Positions 55,252 to 64,000 of a stretch of DNA of 64,000 bases are shown piece by piece (the stretch's first letter is position 1; each line of letters starts with the position of its first letter). The notes under the pieces were generated by a model. The model saw nothing but the letters and a program-made list of their open reading frames with translations, had not been told where the DNA came from and did not search any database. Source of the stretch: the human T2T-CHM13v2.0 reference genome, Homo sapiens; NCBI RefSeq assembly GCF_009914755.1, contig NC_060925.1. The stretch is one strand, 5' to 3'. The position numbers were made by a program, and so were the translations under genes.

Positions 55252-56569
55252 AGCAAGTAATACCTAAAATTCTGCAACCTTCATTTTACTATAGATGGTT
55301 GAAGATTATATTACTTCTTAATTGTTTTAGCCTTGTTATTGCTTCATTACTTCATGGTTGTTGAGTACAGATGCTCAGTAATCATAACCTATGAAATATT
55401 TGACACCATGAACTAAACATTAAAAACAAATAACTGTGCTATTGCCACAGCTATGTTTTGGCTTTGAATTTTCTTTACTGAATATTTTGGATCAAGAACA
55501 CTAGATGAGAAACCTGTTCAACTCTGTTCTTTTTTTTTTTTTTGACTCCACTGTATTTATTACCTGTTTTTGTTTTTTTTGTTTGTTTGTTTTTGATGTG
55601 CATATAGACCAAGATGTGGTAAATTTAAATGGCAGATGTTTTTGATGTGGTACATTTAAGGGAGAGAAAGCAGTTTAAAGAGCAGGGTGAAAAATCCAAC
55701 AAGACTCCATCGAGAGTTTCTGAGCTCTCCCATCAGGGGCCAGTCCTCCTTTCCTCTCTCCTCTTACTCCCATGATTTCCAAGTTGTGATCCTTTCCTTA
55801 TTTCTGAGGAATGACTTGGTTTCTCCTCTTCTTTTTTTGGCCTGAGAGAAGATGTTTTTGCACTTGTAGCTATGAGGAACAGATTGTCCACTAGGGAGGC
55901 CAGCTGATCATTTTCTGCCAGAGTCGCACAGAGCAGTCACACCTTATTTTGAAAACCACTGTCTGGGGTCTTTGTCCTCACATATGCAGGTCTAGTGTCC
56001 CCACAAAGTTATCAGATGGATATATAAAGTGGAGTGCCAATGTATTAATTTACTGTGAGAAACACAATTGCTAAGTGGGTCAGATATCTGTCTCAGCTGG
56101 TCAGTACACCTTCCAGCAGGAAAATCTACATAAGAACAACTAAATCACAATCTGTAGAGTGCTTGATGACCCCAGAATTGGTGCAAGGGGACACATTCTT
56201 GCTTGTTGGCACCTGCTCTCTGGAGTTTGCTATTTTCTCACACACAGTGTATTAGTTCACAGAATGTTCTCCAAGGAGGACAGGGGGCTTTGCCCATAGC
56301 CATGTGCTGTGGGCAGCAGAGCTAGGAAGAAGCACAGGCATCTCCCAGCCCAGGTGTTTCCCACTTAACTGCATTGCCCTTTTCATCTTTTTTTTTTCCC
56401 CAATAGCTTCAGGACATTCAGTACATTGTGCTTTTTAGAGGTTGATGATTCCACTGCCTGAGCTGCCTTCACCTCTCTTTCTTTGGAAATTGCCATCTTT
56501 GAGCATTGTATGTCTCTGTAACATCTCTGCATCTCCTTTTCACTCTGGCCTCCCTTTCTCCATTGTCCT

Positions 56570-57630
56570 TCTAGCTTCTGGTTGCCCCAAACCCCACAGA
56601 CTGTGTAACAAAACCCAAAACCTATTGGTTTAAAACAATACCCATTTTATTTTCTTTCATAGTTTCTATGGGTCAGGAATTTGGATATGGCTTGGGTAAG
56701 CAGTTCTGGCTTCTCATGGAGTTGGAGGCAAGTGGTGGCTGGAACAGAAATGGGGCAGCCAGGGGTGGTGGCCAGGCATCAGCTACATCTCCTCCATGTA
56801 GTCTCAGGAACTCTCCACGTAATCTCTCTGTGTGGGTTGGGCTTCCTCACAACATGGTGGCCTCAGGGCAGTCACTGCTTACATGGCAGCTAGCTTCCCT
56901 CAGAGTGAGTATCCCAAGAGATCACAGTCAAAGTGCATAGCATTTATATAATCTAATCTTGGAAGTCACAAAATGTCATTCTTGTGATACTCTCATTGGT
57001 GAAGAAGTCATAAAATCCTGCTCAGGTTCAAAAAGAGGGTGTATAGAACCCAACACTCAATAGGAAGATTGTCAGAGTTACATTGTAAGAAGAGCATGTA
57101 GTTGGGAGATATCATTGTGGCCATTTTGGGAAAGATGTAACATGTCACAATGTCATGTTCTCCATCGTCTCCCCGTTCCACCTTGTACTGGTTTCCAAGG
57201 GTAGTCGTTTAAAAGTACCACAAAAACTGGGTGGCTTGGAACAACAGAAATTTATTGTTTCACAGTTCTGGAGGCCAGAAGTTCAAAATGAAGTGTTGGC
57301 AGAAACATGCTGCCTCTAAAGGGACTGGGAAAGGATCTGTTCCAGGCTTCCCTCCTATCTTCTGGTTGTTCCTTGCCTTCTGGCTGCGTAACTCTAGTCT
57401 TCATTTGGTGTTCTCCCTGCATGCATGGCTTTGTGTCCAAATTTCCTTTTTTCATGAGGCCATCAGTCATACTGGATTAGGGACCCACTCTACTACTGCA
57501 GGATGACCTCACCTTCCCAAATTACATCTGCAACAACCCTATTTCCAAAGAAGGCCACATTCTGAGGTACTGGGGGTTATAACTTCAACATGAATTTTTT
57601 GGAGGAAACAATTCAACTCCTAACACATCT
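56570..57630. mobile_element. Two MLT1 MaLR LTRs in the MR1 3'UTR (about 56570-57150 and 57185-57630)
   Basis: gggtcaggaatttgg...cacaacatggtggcc; acaacagaaatttattg..cacagttctggaggccagaagttc...cacattctgaggtactggggg. Confidence 0.75.
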
Positions 57631-59135
57631 CTACCCAACCTCTGTAGGTTCCCTCAATCCACCAAAATTTTTTGGCTCCACTGGATTATCTAGCAGTTAG
57701 GAAACCAAGATCATTAAATGAATTCACCGCAACTACAGTGAGACTGACTACCTTAGCTTACCTCTGTGAAAGGAGTTAAGCCAAAGGAATCTGTGAAATT
57801 TTGGAGAGTTTGGGAGCATTTGGGGGCAGGAGGCAAATGTTCTTCCTTTAAATCACAACACTTAGTTCTCTTCCATTTATAAGACTCACCCCTCCATCCC
57901 AACCCCTGCACCACAGGACAAGGAAGTGTTCTTGGTCTTCAGCTTTCATCCCTGATGGTGAAAGCAGTTGCTCCTGACCTATTTGCCCACCAGCTTCTCC
58001 TCTGGAGCCTGAGGCTTCTGATGCCTGCCTGGCTGGTTCTCAGTAAGAAGGTCAAGTTCAACCAGAGGGGAGATGCTGATGCCTTTCAGTACTTAAATAT
58101 GAGTTCAGACCCTGGGGCCTGGACATAAGATTTGGGGTCCCCTGGATATAAGATTTCTGAAAACACTCAGACTGTGGAGACCCCTGCTGAGGGAGAAGCT
58201 CCAAACTGTGGCTTCAGGGGAATGCACCAAGGCTCTCATTGAGGCCACCTTCTCCAACAAGCTCCCCTCCTGCTTCCCCATGGCTGGCATGGCTGAGGAA
58301 AAAGGACACTGAGCACAGCCCGTGCATGAGCGGCTTGCCATGCAACAGGATAAAACCCATAATGCCACTCAGCAAGCCTTGGTTGTAAATCTAGTTTGAT
58401 TACATTTGTAATCAAATGATGGCCATTTGTTCTGTTTCTGGTTTGTGAACCAACTGAAGACATAAGCAGGGCCTCAGCTAACCCACAAATAGCACATGTG
58501 TGCAAACTGGAAAAATGAACCCTTCTTCTGGGAGGACGCCAGCCCAGGCCAGGTCACCCGGCTTGGCCAGCAGAACACAGAGTGGATTTTGGTCCCGTTT
58601 GTTCCCCAGTGGGGTATCTATCCTTGTGCAGGGCACAAGCCTACATGGTGGCTCTGGTCATATCATTAGAAAATAGACAGAAATGGGCTGCACACCAGAA
58701 TGAATGAATTGAATTGAAAGGGAGGAGTGATGGTGGAAAAAAAAACAAGTCAATTCATTTAGACTGGTAGAACCAGAACCACTGTGTAGTACATCCAAAC
58801 GGTTAAAATTCCCTGGAAGATGTTACATAATCCTATCATGGTGTTTATTTATGGAAATCTATTTTAAAAATTTTATGTAATACTGCACAGTCTGTTTGCA
58901 TGATGCCTTGTACGTAGTAGCAACTCAGTAAATACTTTTTGAATGAACTAGTATAGTATTTTAATTAGCTAGTCTTCATGTACTGGTACAAAAGAACAGT
59001 GTCATCTTACAGCTGAAGTCATAGAGGGGAAATATCCCACTCAAGATCATATAACATTCCAGGTACTCAGGATGAATGGTTTGAGGACTGGTCTGAATTC
59101 TTCAAAGGTTTCAGCTGTATTAACATTCTCCATCT

Positions 59136-59141
59136 AATAAA
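59136..59141 (+). terminator. MR1: Distal polyadenylation signal of MR1
   Basis: AATAAA followed about 20 nt later by ttgtctgtg. Confidence 0.7.
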
Positions 59142-60917
59142 CTTTATCTTGTCATTGCATTGTCTGTGAGATTAGTGATCTGAAACATTCCATCAATACC
59201 CCCACCCCACCCAACACATACATATTAAAGACAAAGATAGAATTCGGAGGTTCTTACGGGAGGTACTGTTTTTCTCGAAGGCTATGAGAAGAGGTGTTGA
59301 GAAATGAGTTCTCAGCCATCTTGGGGGCCCAAATATCTGAAACCTTCCAGAAATGTAACTAGTCTGAATTTGCTTTTCTGTCACCATTTGGGTATTTGGT
59401 TAATGAAAGTTCTTAACATGCAAATTCCACCCACTCTTACCAATGCCCTGAGCTGGGAAGCACCCTGAGCACTCTTACCACACCCTGAGCTGTTGCTTTT
59501 CCTCTCCGCCTTGCCCCCACTCCGTGTTGGCTGCACCAGCAGAGGCTTCTGCATTTGCCCCTGGGCGGGAGTTGGGTATGAAGGTCTGGGCCAGAAGGTT
59601 CTGAGTCCCTAAGCTGAGCTGCTGGGTGGCAGCTGGAAGGTCAGGCTGGCTGAAGCCCTGGCGAGGTGACACTGGGTCTGAGGCAGGTGCAGTGGCAGCG
59701 GCCAGACCTCTGAGGACACAAATGGGCTAGAGTGTGGGAACAACCGGGGAAACAACCCGGGGGTGGGAAGGGAGTAGGAAGGGGGGAAACAGCCTCTGAG
59801 AGGAGGCTACAGGATGAAATGGGAAGCCACGAAAATAAGGAAGTGAAACCAAGGGAGAAATAAGAGTGCCACCCAAGCCGAAGCCGTCCTGGCCTTTCTT
59901 CCTTTCTGAGGCATCAGCGCAGATTCTAAGTTTACTTGAACTAACCGAAAGCTCTGTTGTTTTCTGAGCAACATCACAGTGGCATAAATAGAGAATTCCT
60001 GGAACACACTGGCAAGACACACGCTCTAGAAGGTGACAATTCTGGGGAAATCTGAAGGGCTGGAATAATAAAAAGTCAAACATTTGGCATCCCATCAGCT
60101 GCTGAAACACAACCCTCTCACGTACTTTAAAATACCCAACACATGCACTCTGCATATTACTCACGAAACAGCTACGAATGCACAGTCCCTGTGTTACACA
60201 CAACAGGAAGTTGCCAAACCAGATGTAACCCACCAAGGCCGAGCACATGGGCAGCCCTTCACCTTACTGTTAAAAGACTGAATGGTCATTGGTCCCTGAG
60301 GATCCCTGAAGAAGACAGGCAAGCTGTTCTAATCCAATTTAGGTCTTTGCAACTGAAATTGAGATCAAATTTCAAAGATCTGTAAACTAGTGCAGCTTCA
60401 CAGACTTGAAATTAGTCTACAAGATGACATGTTTCTGGGCCTAATGATGACATTTTTAGAGACTGCCCCCAGCCACAAGGAATTATTCGTTTTTTCTGTG
60501 TGGCATGGTATACACCATATTTTCATTCAAGCCACAGAGTTTTTTTTACCCCAGTTTCTTATTAATAATCTGCCACAAATACTGATATTTAAATCAAATT
60601 CTTATGGCCTTCATTAGTTAATCAACCATTCATGAAATATATGCGCCATAAGGCCTGACACTTCAGTGCCTGGCACATAGTAGGCACTCAGTACATATGC
60701 ATATTGACAAAATGAACTGCTGCTCCTACAAGCCAGACTCTGTAGGCAACACAGCACAATGATGTTCTGAAAATTAGCAAGTACAAAAATGGCCCAGACA
60801 TATGCTTATAGAAAAATCAAGCTCACATCACAGAAAATAATTTTAGAGATTGTAATCTAGAATGCATTTCTATAAAACAGTCCCTGGGTTTTCTGCTAAC
60901 AGAAGAAATACAACTCT

Positions 60918-61248
<331 letters not shown>

Positions 61249-62192
61249 TACAACTCTGACAGTGAGCTTTCATAGTAATACTGAAGACACAGGTTGAATA
61301 AAACTTTCAAGTGAGATGGGAGGGCCTGCACATAAATATGCCATGAAACAAAGGACATGGGGAGGATGAAGGGCTCAGCACTGCCTCCTTCCCTGCAGCC
61401 ACTGGGCTGGGCTAAGAGGACCCATAGGCAGTGGCGATGGCGACAGCAAGGAACTCAGAGATGTTCAGTGAGACAGAGGAACTTCTAATCCTCTAGTTTC
61501 CTTTTGTCTTCCTGATAGCCTATCCTCAGAGAAATAATTCCCTTACTAAACGCCTAAGTGCTTTTCAGCTCTGCCACTCAACTGACACTTAGCTATTCTG
61601 TGTTGGTATTTATCTGTTTCTGCTCGGCTTATCTCCCTGGCTGGACTATAAACCCCTTAAGGGCACAATGTGAACTCTGTGTCCTTCACTTAGTATCAGG
61701 GTGATCTTAAGTTGTTTAACTTCTCTGAGCCTCATTTTTATAAAACCCGGGGCTAGTCAATACCTGTCTTCCAGTGTCAACGTGGGGATTAAAGGAGATG
61801 TGTGTGTGCAAGCATATTGCAAAGAAATGGCATCTGGGATGTGTCTTCCTCTACGTGCTCTCCAGGGACTGCTCCCCATGTCCCATATAATCGCAGCCAC
61901 CATTTATGGGTGCTTACTATGCACTGGGTACTTCACATATATTACTTCTATTCCTCATAACAACGTTGGCAGCAGGTATTATTATTATTATTTTGTTGAA
62001 GTTCAGATAAATTGTATTTCTTGACAAGGTTATATAGTTAATAAGTGGCAGAGGCATGATTCAGACTCAAGACACTGTCTTGAGTCTGGGCACTGTCCTA
62101 TCTGCACACAGGGCACTGTCCTATCTGCACACAGTAGGCCCACTCCATCAATGCCTGACCAAAACTGTGAGGTGTCATCCACTTAAAACTAT

Positions 62193-63497
<1,305 letters not shown>

Positions 63498-63847
63498 CTA
63501 TGTTCTGTACTTAATCTTGGGAACAAAGGAGTTCAAACATCTGTGCAATGAATCAAAAATTAATAAAGGCCCTGATAAATTTAGGAAAGTTTGAATCTTT
63601 TTCCTCTGACTTTGATGATGTGACTTAAAGGCTGAACAAGGCCTAAAGGGCCAAATGAAGCAAGTTACCACACATTTCATGGACATGTCAGTGAAACCCG
63701 TGGATAACATTCGCTACTTGTTGATTCTTAGTATATGGAGATGCTGGTGCATAAAGGAAAAAGTATAAGCTCCCTCACCTTGCAAAAACAACTCACCCAG
63801 GGTAGATCTATGGGCACACAGAATTGCGGAGCTGGAGGGCCCATTGA

Positions 63848-64000
<153 letters not shown>

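Noticed and set aside
59727-60248. 173-aa minus-strand ORF downstream of MR1
   Set aside because: No recognisable homology, splice structure or coding-like composition.

Overview
Alu-dense primate (human-type) genomic DNA, recognisable as the STX6-MR1 locus (human 1q25). On the - strand are the CpG-island promoter and first two coding exons of syntaxin 6 (STX6); exon 2 is followed by a U12-type AT-AC donor. About 11 kb away on the + strand, divergently oriented, is the complete MHC class I-related gene MR1. It has six coding exons (67+261+276+276+105+41 = 1026 nt, 341 aa) with R9, H17 and K43 intact, and a ~6.6 kb repeat-rich 3'UTR. The rest is about 40 Alus, LTRs (MER21-like, THE1, MLT1, LTR33-like, LTR12, MER4-like), DNA transposon fossils, and L1/L2/MIR fragments. 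Almost all ORFs in the track are repeat-derived or chance ORFs. I see no undescribed gene system. The best leads are regulatory hypotheses: an intronic sense LTR12 that could splice in frame into MR1 to give a leaderless isoform, an upstream THE1 LTR with a splice donor, an overlapping uORF in the long MR1 leader, a nuclear-receptor half-site cluster in the 3'UTR, and a 50-bp sequence copied from 5 kb away. Repeat family names and boundaries are from recognition by eye, not from a search.
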